Assembly: GCA_964439905.1 (NCBI GenBank)
Contig: CAYTPK010000007.1
Coordinates: 1,294 to 65,293, forward strand
Length of the DNA: 64,000 nt
Source: an uncultured Dehalococcoidia bacterium
Lineage (GTDB): Bacteria; Chloroflexota; Dehalococcoidia; Lucifugimonadales; GCA-2712585
Direction: 5' to 3'
The notes under the pieces are model-generated. The model was given only the letters and a program-made list of their open reading frames with translations, had not been told where the DNA came from and made no database searches. Both the position numbers and the translations under genes were made by a program. This document shows, in pieces, positions 23,008-31,216 of this stretch. Within the stretch, counting starts at the first letter, position 1, and the number at the start of each line of letters is the position of its first letter.

Positions 23008-23048
23008 CGTCTACACTTGCAGTAAGATATCGTTATATACACAGTCCT

Positions 23049-23077
23049 ATTATAGTTAATAAGATATATATATGCAA
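23049..23077 (-). promoter_or_regulatory. Putative sigma70 promoter for 22271..22918
   Basis: Minus strand TTGCAT-17 nt-TATAAT. Confidence 0.65.
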
Positions 23078-23259
23078 TCATATAAAGCCTAAGATCTTAT
23101 AGACATGCAGTACCTCAGAAGACCTAGCATTCAAGGTAAACTATAATGGTTCTGTGTGCAGGAAATGTGGGTGGTGAGCTGCCTATAGGCTAATCGCATT
23201 GGCTCCTGCTATAGAGCTATAATATGCAAGCAAGAGAGAAGGAAGGAGCAAAATATATA

Positions 23260-23970
23260 ATGGAATCTCAGTTAACGATTGGGTCTGTAATACCTGAGTT
23301 TTCTCTGCCTGACCTAGATGGGCAGCAAGTTAACATAAGGGAGTTTTTGGGGAAGCGTGTAGCGCTGTTTATTTGGGCCTCCTGGTGAAGTTGTCGGGAA
23401 CAATTGCCTGTATGGCAAGAATTTCATTCAGAATATCAACAGAGTGGAATAGAAGTTGTTAGCGTATCTGTAGATGCACAGGGAGCTAGCAAGGTTAGGC
23501 CGTACATCGAGTTAGCCCGAGCTACATATATAACTTTATTAGATGAACTCAATAGTTTGGGAAGTTTGTTCAACTTCATGGCAGTTCCCAACTGTATCCT
23601 TATTGATGAGCGTGGCGTTGTCGAATACATGCGATATGGGGGCTTCGACATTAGAAAAGGTAGTTTCAACAAAATAGTGCGGGACTGGGGAAAAAGAAGT
23701 TTGATGGAGGACTATTCCATAGAAGACGATAATGAGAAATTTAAATCTAATCGCAAAACTAAAGCAGACCAATATTTCCGTCGAGGAGTAGATCTTTACA
23801 AACAAGGCTTAGTAAACGCTGCGTTGGACCAATGGAAAAAGGGTTGTTCTATTGATCCGACAAATTGGGTTATACGTAAACAAATTTGGGCTGTCGAACA
23901 CCCTGAAAAATTTTACGAAGGATCAGTTGATTATTATTGGCAACAGGAGCAAGTAGATAAGGATGTATGA
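23260..23970 (+). CDS. Probable selenoprotein: TlpA/redoxin-like thioredoxin fold plus C-terminal TPR-like region
   Basis: ATG 23260 after AAGGAG; translates MESQLTIGSVIPEFSLPDLDGQQVNIREFLGKRVALFIWASW*SCREQLPVWQ with TGA at 23386-23388 in frame with ORF 23404..23970; later cis-Pro loop AVPNCILIDERG. Confidence 0.88.
23404..23418 (+). promoter_or_regulatory. Candidate bacterial SECIS apical hairpin
   Basis: TTGCC-TGTAT-GGCAA; loop begins about 20 nt after the TGA and has G at its second position. Confidence 0.6.
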
Positions 23971-24026
23971 TGGCTTTGGGTTTTTTAGGTATAAAAGGGG
24001 GATGGAACGATATTCGTGTTATGTTG

Positions 24027-24117
24027 TGGCGGAGAGGGCGGGATTCGAACACGCGATACGGGGTAACCGTATACCGCTTTTCGAGAGCGGCGCCTTCAAC
24101 CACTCAGCCACCTCTCC
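24027..24117 (-). tRNA. tRNA-Ser (anticodon CGA)
   Basis: GGAGAGG...CCTCTCC-G-CCA, anticodon arm CCGCT-CT-CGA-AA-AGCGG, long variable arm; one U-C mismatch in T stem. Confidence 0.95.
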
Positions 24118-24152
24118 TTAGGTATGTATTAAAGAAATATTGCTTCTATATA

Positions 24153-25340
24153 TTATTCTGGTGGAACTGATATCACCTTAAGTTTCCCCAATCTTCGCCC
24201 GATTGTGGAAAGTACCTTGATTGTAATGCCTCCATATTCCACTTCGTCACCGGTTCTAGGGACTCGTCCCAATTGGGTGTAAACGATCCCACCTATGGTA
24301 TCAACATCAGTCTGATCTATGTCTAAAGGTATTAACTCTGCTACTTCGTGTAGGGAGACTCGCGCATCTATAATTAAATCGCCCTTCTTGTTAGTTTGTA
24401 TTTGAGGTTCAAGGACTGTCGAAAATTCATCCTCAATCTCTCCCACTATTTCTTCTAAAAGATCCTCGAGGGTAACCAACCCTTCTGTGCCGCCATGTTC
24501 GTCTACAACTAATGCCATGTGTACCCTACGTTTCTGGAATTCACTTAGTAGTTCGTCTAGTCGCTTTGATTCCGGTACAAAGAAAGGTGCTCTCGAAATT
24601 TGTTTTAGACTGGGCAGTTGACTGTCGGAATTGAGTAGAGGCAATAGATCTCTTGCATGTAGCACGCCAGTAATATGATCTATTGTCTCATCATAAATCG
24701 GCAATCTACTGTGGCCGGACTCAAGCATGAGATTGGCTGCTATTTCCACTCCATCATTCACGTCTATCGCTTTGATATCCATTCTAGGAATCATAATATC
24801 GCGTGCGTCATACTCGTCGAGCCGCAAGATAGATCGAATCATTGACCGCTCACGCTCATCTAAATCAGCTGCTTCCTCTGGAGAGATTATTGTTTCAGTT
24901 TCGCTATGAGATACGTTGGCTGAACTTATTCTTCCTGCATCTGATTTGTTGGCACCAGTTTTTTGTCGAGCCACCCAGGTAACGGTCCGGCTAAGAAGTA
25001 ATTCTACGAGTGAAATAGGCCGCAATATAGCTGAAGCATATCCCGGAAGATTTGCGGTCGACCAGGAAGTTATTAAGGTGATTAACCTGAGACCTATAGG
25101 AAGAAATACACAAAGAATAATAAAGAACAAAGCAATCGAGTTCGCAGCCGATAGGAAAACAGCGGTAGCGGAAGCTACGATAAGGCCCAACAAAACCAAT
25201 TTCAACAAAGATGAAATAGATTGATGGCTTGATTTGCTATTAGCCCATGAGTCTTTTGCCGTTTCATACAGGCTCGCATACGCGAATCCTAGAGTTGATA
25301 AGACAAGTATTATAACTAAGCCTAAATCACCTTCGTCCAA
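24153..25340 (-). CDS. Hemolysin/CNNM-like CBS-domain protein (TlyC/CorC family)
   Basis: N-terminal TMs, DIMIPR, SGHSRLPIY, VVDEHGGTEGLVTLEDLLEEIVGEIEDE, C-terminal DTIGG transporter-associated domain. Confidence 0.93.
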   Translation of the reverse strand: MDEGDLGLVIILVLSTLGFAYASLYETAKDSWANSKSSHQSISSLLKLVLLGLIVASATAVFLSAANSIALFFIILCVFLPIGLRLITLITSWSTANLPGYASAILRPISLVELLLSRTVTWVARQKTGANKSDAGRISSANVSHSETETIISPEEAADLDERERSMIRSILRLDEYDARDIMIPRMDIKAIDVNDGVEIAANLMLESGHSRLPIYDETIDHITGVLHARDLLPLLNSDSQLPSLKQISRAPFFVPESKRLDELLSEFQKRRVHMALVVDEHGGTEGLVTLEDLLEEIVGEIEDEFSTVLEPQIQTNKKGDLIIDARVSLHEVAELIPLDIDQTDVDTIGGIVYTQLGRVPRTGDEVEYGGITIKVLSTIGRRLGKLKVISVPPE

Positions 25341-25372
25341 ATTGTTTTCACCTTTGGCCTGTTGATTTGATA

Positions 25373-26722
25373 TTATTCAGCTGGATTCTCCTTGATTTTA
25401 GCAGGGATTCCAACGGCCAGTCTATAAGCTGGGACGTTTTTGGTGATAACTGATCCCGCTCCTGTTGTTGCATTATCCCCTATAGATATAGGTGCTACTA
25501 GTATGCTATCAGATCCAATGAAAACATTCTTTCCTATCCGAGTTTTGTGTTTCTTCTCTCCGTCATAATTACATGTCACGAGTCCGGCTCCTAGGTTTGA
25601 GTAGGCTCCGACTTTGGTGTCTCCAATATAACCGAAATGGCCCATCTTAACCCCTTCTCCAAGGCTACTATCCTTAATTTCGCCAAAATTTCCTATGTGG
25701 ACTTTTCTTTCTATATAAGATCCTGGTCTCAGATGACTGAAAGGTCCGACCGTCACATGATCTTCAAGAATGGCCCCTTGAACGAACGAGGAAATTATTA
25801 CTGAGGAATCTCCGATTGTAGAATCTTTGATGAACGATCCCGGGCCTAGTGTGCAATTGCGCCCGATTGTACTGTTTCCATGAATATAGGTATTTGGGTA
25901 GATGATTGAATCTTTTCCTATCCGTGTTTCATTATCAATGAAAGTCGAATTCGGATCCAACATGGTTACGCCTTTTAGCATCCATTTTTCTCGTATTCGT
26001 TGACGGAGTACATGTTCCATGTGTGCTAGTTGTATCTTGTTATTTATGCCAAAACATTCCTCAGGATATTTTGTGACGAAGCCATCTAATGTGCCACCAT
26101 TTTTGTATATGTATTCCACCGAATCGGTGAGATAGTATTCCCCTACATTGCTTTTCCTTATTTTTCTTAAGGCAGAGGTTATCCATTTCGAGTCAAAGCA
26201 ATAGGTTCCTGAATTGACTTCTTTCGGTAAATCGGAGTTTCTATATCCATGAGATTCTACAATCCTATAGATATTACCATTAGCATCCCTTTTAATAACT
26301 CCAAGATCTGTAGGGCCAGTTATTTTAGTTGTTAGAATGGACACGGCGGCTGAATTTTCGAGGTGTTTTTTTGTTAGAGTGGTTAGTGTTTGATGCCTCA
26401 AGAGAGGAGAGTCGCATCCAGTCACGATTAAATTCGCAGGTCCTTGCTCAATAAGGTTTGAACATTGCATCAGGGCGTGGCCAGTTCCTAGAGCTTCTGC
26501 TTGTATAACATAGCTTACCTTATTTCCGATAAGCTTTTTAATAGAGTTATGATTGGTTGGAGAAACAATCACTATGATATTTGATATACCGCATTTGATA
26601 AGGGTATCCACAGCATATTTTATTAGTGGCTTTCCGCATATTTTCTGGAGAGGCTTTGAAATCCCGGAATTCATTCTTTTGCCATTACCTGCTGCGAGAA
26701 CAACCCCTATCCAATTTTTCAT
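25373..26722 (-). CDS. glmU: Bifunctional UDP-GlcNAc pyrophosphorylase/glucosamine-1-P acetyltransferase
   Basis: LAAGNGKRM, LGTGHA, GEYYLTD, GPFSHLRPG, CNYDG, hexapeptide repeats; start at ATG 26722 after GGAGG. Confidence 0.97.
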   Translation of the reverse strand: MKNWIGVVLAAGNGKRMNSGISKPLQKICGKPLIKYAVDTLIKCGISNIIVIVSPTNHNSIKKLIGNKVSYVIQAEALGTGHALMQCSNLIEQGPANLIVTGCDSPLLRHQTLTTLTKKHLENSAAVSILTTKITGPTDLGVIKRDANGNIYRIVESHGYRNSDLPKEVNSGTYCFDSKWITSALRKIRKSNVGEYYLTDSVEYIYKNGGTLDGFVTKYPEECFGINNKIQLAHMEHVLRQRIREKWMLKGVTMLDPNSTFIDNETRIGKDSIIYPNTYIHGNSTIGRNCTLGPGSFIKDSTIGDSSVIISSFVQGAILEDHVTVGPFSHLRPGSYIERKVHIGNFGEIKDSSLGEGVKMGHFGYIGDTKVGAYSNLGAGLVTCNYDGEKKHKTRIGKNVFIGSDSILVAPISIGDNATTGAGSVITKNVPAYRLAVGIPAKIKENPAE

Positions 26723-26828
26723 TGTTTCTCCTCCATTTAGCTTTTCGTCAATGCTACATGAGGACTTTCGGCAGTTCAATCTTAATTAATAGTTGTGAGG
26801 CAGCGGGAGGCATGCTATCCTCTGCTAG

Positions 26829-26903
26829 GCCCCTGTAGCTCAGCGGATAGAGCGCTGGCCTCCGGAGCCAGGTGCGGGCGTTCGAGTCGCCCCAGGGGCA
26901 CCA
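26829..26903 (+). tRNA. tRNA-Arg (anticodon CCG)
   Basis: GCCCCTG/CAGGGGC-A-CCA acceptor, anticodon arm CTGGC-CT-CCG-GA-GCCAG, GTTCGAG T loop. Confidence 0.97.
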
Positions 26904-26919
26904 TCCTGAGGATAAGTTT

Positions 26920-26994
26920 CGGGGCGTAGCGCAGCGGTAGCGCGCTTGGTTTGGGACCAAGAGGTCGCCAGTTCAATCCTGGCCGCCCCGACCA
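26920..26994 (+). tRNA. tRNA-Pro (anticodon TGG)
   Basis: CGGGGCG/CGCCCCG-A-CCA acceptor, anticodon arm CTTGG-TT-TGG-GA-CCAAG. Confidence 0.97.
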
Positions 26995-27017
26995 TTAAAT
27001 TTAACGAGGGAATGCGT

Positions 27018-27170
27018 ATGCCTTCCGATAGACCCAATTGGTATTACGACCATCCACCTACCTGCACATGTGTAAATTGCACGGACATGCGGCTAAAAAG
27101 GAATCGTACAGGTGGATGGATAGCTAGCATAAAAAGGGTTGTGTCCAGGCTTATCGGGAAGAATAAATAG
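27018..27170 (+). CDS. Small Cys/His-rich protein (50 aa)
   Basis: GAGGG RBS 7 nt before ATG; MPSDRPNWYYDHPPTCTCVNC... followed by a basic amphipathic helix. Confidence 0.65.
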   Translation: MPSDRPNWYYDHPPTCTCVNCTDMRLKRNRTGGWIASIKRVVSRLIGKNK

Positions 27171-27229
27171 GTCAATTTCACCGGTGAAATCAAAATTCAG
27201 GTTTGATTACCCTCAAATTATGGGGTGGT

Positions 27230-28669
27230 TTAACCAATTCGCCCACTTTTGTTTAGATCAGTTGGAGTATGATTGATCCAGCCGGTAATTTGTTCGAAGG
27301 CATGGGCTAGAGCAAAAATAGTTCCCTCTTCGAAATGTCTTCCTATTACCTGAATACTGGTAGGTAAACCCTGATTTCCAAACCCACACGGTAGCGATAG
27401 TGCGGGATTTCCTATAAGGCTCCAGGGCGTTCTTAAGCTTTTATTTCCATAAAGAGCAAGTTTTTCAGATGCCCGGGTACCTGGATTAGGTCTGGGACCT
27501 ATCTTGGGGGCGAAGGTCGCACATGTGGGCTGTAGTAATATATCGTACTTTTCTAGTGCTTCTAGTGCTTGCTTCCTCCATAATTCTCGTAATCGTTGGG
27601 CTTTGTAGTAAATTTGAGCTGGAATGAGTGCCCCCGTAAGCATATTTAGTTCGATGGTATGATCCATTAATCCAAAATTATCACTAATATTATTTTTGTG
27701 TATTGTTGAACATTCTGTAAAGCTAATGGGGGCAGATATTGCTCCTGCATGTTCTATGAGTGGAAGGGATATCTCGTCTATATGTACGCCTAATGATTCT
27801 ATGTCTTTAATTGCTTTTGATACCAGTGTCTTTACTTCTGGGTCTAGTTCTGGATTACTCATTGTTTCTCTAATTACGCCAACCCTAAGTCCGCTTATGT
27901 CCTTGTTGATAGATTCCAGGTAGTTTGGCACAGGCTTTTTGGAGGTGTATCGGTCTTTGGGGTCGTAGCCTGCAATTGCTTGAAGAGTTAGCGCGCAGTC
28001 CTCAACGGTTTTACTCATAGGCCCGATTGCGTCAAAAGACCAACAGTGACCCATCATTCCGTATCGACTGACCAGTCCCCAAGTCGGCCTAAGGCCCACA
28101 ATTCCATTCCAACATGACGGAGTCCTAATTGATCCTGTGGTATCTTCTCCTAAGGCGGTTGCTGTAATATGTGCGGCCACTGCTGATCCTGAACCAGCGC
28201 TAGAACCTCCTACACCGTACCGAATATCCCAGGGGTTTCTAGGAATTCCAAAGGGAAAGTCGAATGTTGCTCCCATTGCGAATTCGGTCAGATTGGTTTT
28301 ACCCAAAAGAATACCACCAGCTTTATCTATAGATTCCATTACGGTAGCATCTTTGTCAGGAACAAAATTTATAAGTGTTTTAGACCCCCCTGTAGTGCGA
28401 ATCCCTTTGGTCCACCATTGGTCTTTAACTGCTATAGGAATCCCATGAAATGAGCCCTTATAATCTCCTTGCATGAGAGCATTTTCCAATTCCTTGGCCT
28501 TATCTAGAGCATGTTTCGAACAGATTGTTATATAGGAATTTAAGGTGGGATTGATATTTTCGATGCGTTCTATGTAGGCTACTACGACCTCGGTAGGTGA
28601 AATTTCCTTGTCCCTTATCTTATGACTTAAGTCAGTTGCCGTAAGGAATGGAATCTCTGTTTTCTTCAT
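27230..28669 (-). CDS. Amidase signature family enzyme (GatA-like paralogue)
   Basis: GIPIAVKD, GKTNLTEFA, GGSSAGS, GEDTTGSIR (Ser-cisSer-Lys triad); no gatB/gatC adjacent. Confidence 0.93.
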   Translation of the reverse strand: MKKTEIPFLTATDLSHKIRDKEISPTEVVVAYIERIENINPTLNSYITICSKHALDKAKELENALMQGDYKGSFHGIPIAVKDQWWTKGIRTTGGSKTLINFVPDKDATVMESIDKAGGILLGKTNLTEFAMGATFDFPFGIPRNPWDIRYGVGGSSAGSGSAVAAHITATALGEDTTGSIRTPSCWNGIVGLRPTWGLVSRYGMMGHCWSFDAIGPMSKTVEDCALTLQAIAGYDPKDRYTSKKPVPNYLESINKDISGLRVGVIRETMSNPELDPEVKTLVSKAIKDIESLGVHIDEISLPLIEHAGAISAPISFTECSTIHKNNISDNFGLMDHTIELNMLTGALIPAQIYYKAQRLRELWRKQALEALEKYDILLQPTCATFAPKIGPRPNPGTRASEKLALYGNKSLRTPWSLIGNPALSLPCGFGNQGLPTSIQVIGRHFEEGTIFALAHAFEQITGWINHTPTDLNKSGRIG

Positions 28670-28946
28670 CAGTTTTTCTCTTCTGGTTGTTGTATGCGGA
28701 TTGTGTCTTCATTCTGGTTCAAAGTCAATATTGTAACTGGGAGTCTTGGGAGTTGTAGTTTAATGATATGTTGGTGATATTTAATCACTGTGGGGTTCCG
28801 TTTAACCAGAGGGTACTATCTCACTCGAGATTGTGTACAATGACCTATCTTGCTTCGGGAATGTGGTTCAAATTTTTGAAATTTGTCGTTACATCGTTTC
28901 CCAATAAGAATACCGTGGGGAGTAAGTGTGTAGCTGGAGGAATACC

Positions 28947-30029
28947 ATGTTAGATGGATTCGTTAAAAAAGGTGATGATTTTGATATCGTCAGTGAAGAT
29001 AGCCTTCGGGTTGTCGTTCGAGATATATTTCAAGAGGTAGGATTGCCGCCAGAAGATGCAATCATTGCCACAGATGTGTTGGTTACAGCTGATCTAAGGG
29101 GAGTCGAAACACACGGGGTATCGAATTTGCTACGCAGTTATGTTCAACGACTAAGAGCTGGGAACATAAATGTGAATCCACAATGGAAGATAATTAATGA
29201 GACCCCGACCACTGCAAATATTGATGCAGATCGAGGGCATGGTATCGTTATTTGTCCTAAAGCTATGGATATAGCAATTGATAAGGCTCGTTCTACCGGA
29301 ATTGGGATGGTGACCGTGGGTAACGTACGACACATGGGTATGGCCGCTTATTATCCCATGATGGCACTACCGCATGATATGATTGGAGTGGCAATGACAA
29401 GTAGTCCGCCTACGGTTGTTCCAACATTTGCTTCCGCACCACGATTTGGCACCAATCCGATTGCTGTAGCTGCCCCATCAGGGGATCAACCTGACTTCGT
29501 TTTCGATGCCGCTACTAGTGTTATTCCAGATAATAGAGTTCACATTGCCCGTCGTCTGGGTATAGATCTACTTCCTGGGTGGTTAGCGGACGACACTGGA
29601 AATCCTATTATGAAACCTATCCCAGCCCCGCCATTTATGGAACACAAACTTTTGCCATTGGGGAGCACGAGATCAATGGGATCTCACAAAGGCTATGGTT
29701 TAGCTGCGATAGTAGACATATTGTCAGCTATTCTAACGCTTTCCGGCCCGGGTTTGGCTCGGAGCCGAGGTACGTTCGCCCACTATGTAGCAGCTTATCA
29801 GGTAGAAGCATTTGTTGAAGTAGATAGGTTCAAAAATTTAATGGACGAATTTTTAAGCACTTTGAGCGGAACTCCGACCGCTCCTGGGCATGAGAGAGTC
29901 CTCTTCCCCGGACAACTAGAATGGGAAACCTATCAGATTAGAAAAAGCCAAGGCATTCCTCTTCATAAGGAAGTTATACAATGGTTTTCAGATATTTGCC
30001 AAGAATTGGGTATTAGTAATCCCCTTTAG
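28947..30029 (+). CDS. Ldh_2 family oxidoreductase (malate/L-sulfolactate/ureidoglycolate dehydrogenase-like)
   Basis: ADLRGVETHG, HMG, FGTNPIA, DAATS, GSHKGYGL; start at ATG 28947 after GGAGG. Confidence 0.93.
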   Translation: MLDGFVKKGDDFDIVSEDSLRVVVRDIFQEVGLPPEDAIIATDVLVTADLRGVETHGVSNLLRSYVQRLRAGNINVNPQWKIINETPTTANIDADRGHGIVICPKAMDIAIDKARSTGIGMVTVGNVRHMGMAAYYPMMALPHDMIGVAMTSSPPTVVPTFASAPRFGTNPIAVAAPSGDQPDFVFDAATSVIPDNRVHIARRLGIDLLPGWLADDTGNPIMKPIPAPPFMEHKLLPLGSTRSMGSHKGYGLAAIVDILSAILTLSGPGLARSRGTFAHYVAAYQVEAFVEVDRFKNLMDEFLSTLSGTPTAPGHERVLFPGQLEWETYQIRKSQGIPLHKEVIQWFSDICQELGISNPL

Positions 30030-31087
30030 CCGGGATTATTAGCTAACATGTCTTTGAAACCAAAACCAGTCAATGGTATTAAGATACGGTCACGTGGTTT
30101 TATATGCCCTTGGTAAAGTAGTTTAGGTAGACCTGCAAGCGCGGCTGCAGACGTTGGTTCTATCAATAAACCTTCGAGGGCGGCTAATTTTCTTTGCATG
30201 ATGGAGATTTGGATTTCGCTCACAGATATTGCTTCGCCTTTCGTATTCCTAATTGCCTGGATACATTGTTTTAGTCTGGGGGGATTTTCTACTGCGATTC
30301 CTCCGGCTATTGTCTGTGTTTTACGACTAGAATTCATTAAGTTGGATCCTGATATTCCGGATACAATAGGATTACATAATTCTGATTGTATCGCATATAG
30401 TTTGGGGCAATGCAGTCCCATTTCCCAAAATCCTCTCCAAGCACCCAATAATAGTGAGCCATTGCCTGTTGGGAATAAGATATGATCTGGGAGGGGGTAC
30501 ATGTCTTGTGCTATCTCAAAAGCAAACTGTTTTGTTCCTTCTATGAAAAATGGGCTAAGGTTGTGAGAAGCATAGACCATGCGGTTGTATTCACAGAACT
30601 GTTGACATGATGTCGCCACTTGTTCCCGTCCTCCATCTATGCGATGTACCTCAGCATCGTAAAAGGCTATTTGTGAGACTTTAATGGGTGGAGCCGAAGA
30701 TGGAACAAAAATGTGAGCATTAATTCCGGCCTTTGCACTGTAGGCAGCTATTGAAGCGCCTGCGTTACCAGATGAATCTTCGGCCAGATTGTTAATGTTC
30801 CTACTGTGGATCGCAGAAATGAGAGTGGCAGAGCCGCGATCTTTGAAAGATCCTGTAGGGTTCAGATATTCTAACTTAGCCCAAAGATCGTAAACACCAA
30901 ATTCGAGTCCGATCCTGTTTAGTCTAACTAAAGGGGTATCCCCTTGACCTAAATCTATAACATTATTCACCTTATATGGTGTTTTGCTAGAGACGAACAA
31001 GGGAGAGTTACAACTGTCACAGCAATTGACTGTAAGAGATGCAGGTATTTCTTTTTTGCAATGGATGCATTCAAAGTTAATCTTCAT
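30026..31087 (-). CDS. Threonine synthase-like PLP enzyme (short type, N-terminal Cys ribbon)
   Basis: LGQGDTPL, NPTGSFKDRG, DSSGNAGAS, PTGNG, EPTSAA, LTG.G.K. Confidence 0.9.
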   Translation of the reverse strand: MKINFECIHCKKEIPASLTVNCCDSCNSPLFVSSKTPYKVNNVIDLGQGDTPLVRLNRIGLEFGVYDLWAKLEYLNPTGSFKDRGSATLISAIHSRNINNLAEDSSGNAGASIAAYSAKAGINAHIFVPSSAPPIKVSQIAFYDAEVHRIDGGREQVATSCQQFCEYNRMVYASHNLSPFFIEGTKQFAFEIAQDMYPLPDHILFPTGNGSLLLGAWRGFWEMGLHCPKLYAIQSELCNPIVSGISGSNLMNSSRKTQTIAGGIAVENPPRLKQCIQAIRNTKGEAISVSEIQISIMQRKLAALEGLLIEPTSAAALAGLPKLLYQGHIKPRDRILIPLTGFGFKDMLANNPG

Positions 31088-31216
31088 GCCTTGTATTAGG
31101 AAACCTTAAGGAAGGTAATAAACTTTTTATTAATTACCTAAAGCTTATTCATTAAAGTCAAATACTCCTCCATTATTTTTTAATTAGATACCAGAGGTTC
31201 ATGATAAAAGCAGGGG

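Noticed and set aside
24027-24117. tRNA next to the selenoprotein as tRNA-Sec (selC)
   Set aside because: Anticodon is CGA not TCA, and the acceptor stem is 7 bp with an ordinary Ser D arm.
27175-27190. Perfect 16-bp palindrome ATTTCACCGGTGAAAT as parS
   Set aside because: Spacing differs from TGTTTCACGTGAAACA; lies between convergent genes, more likely terminator-related or chance. A similar weak match near 48790 was also dismissed.
27230-28669. Amidase as gatA
   Set aside because: No gatB/gatC neighbours and lacks GatA-specific segments; treated as a generic amidase.
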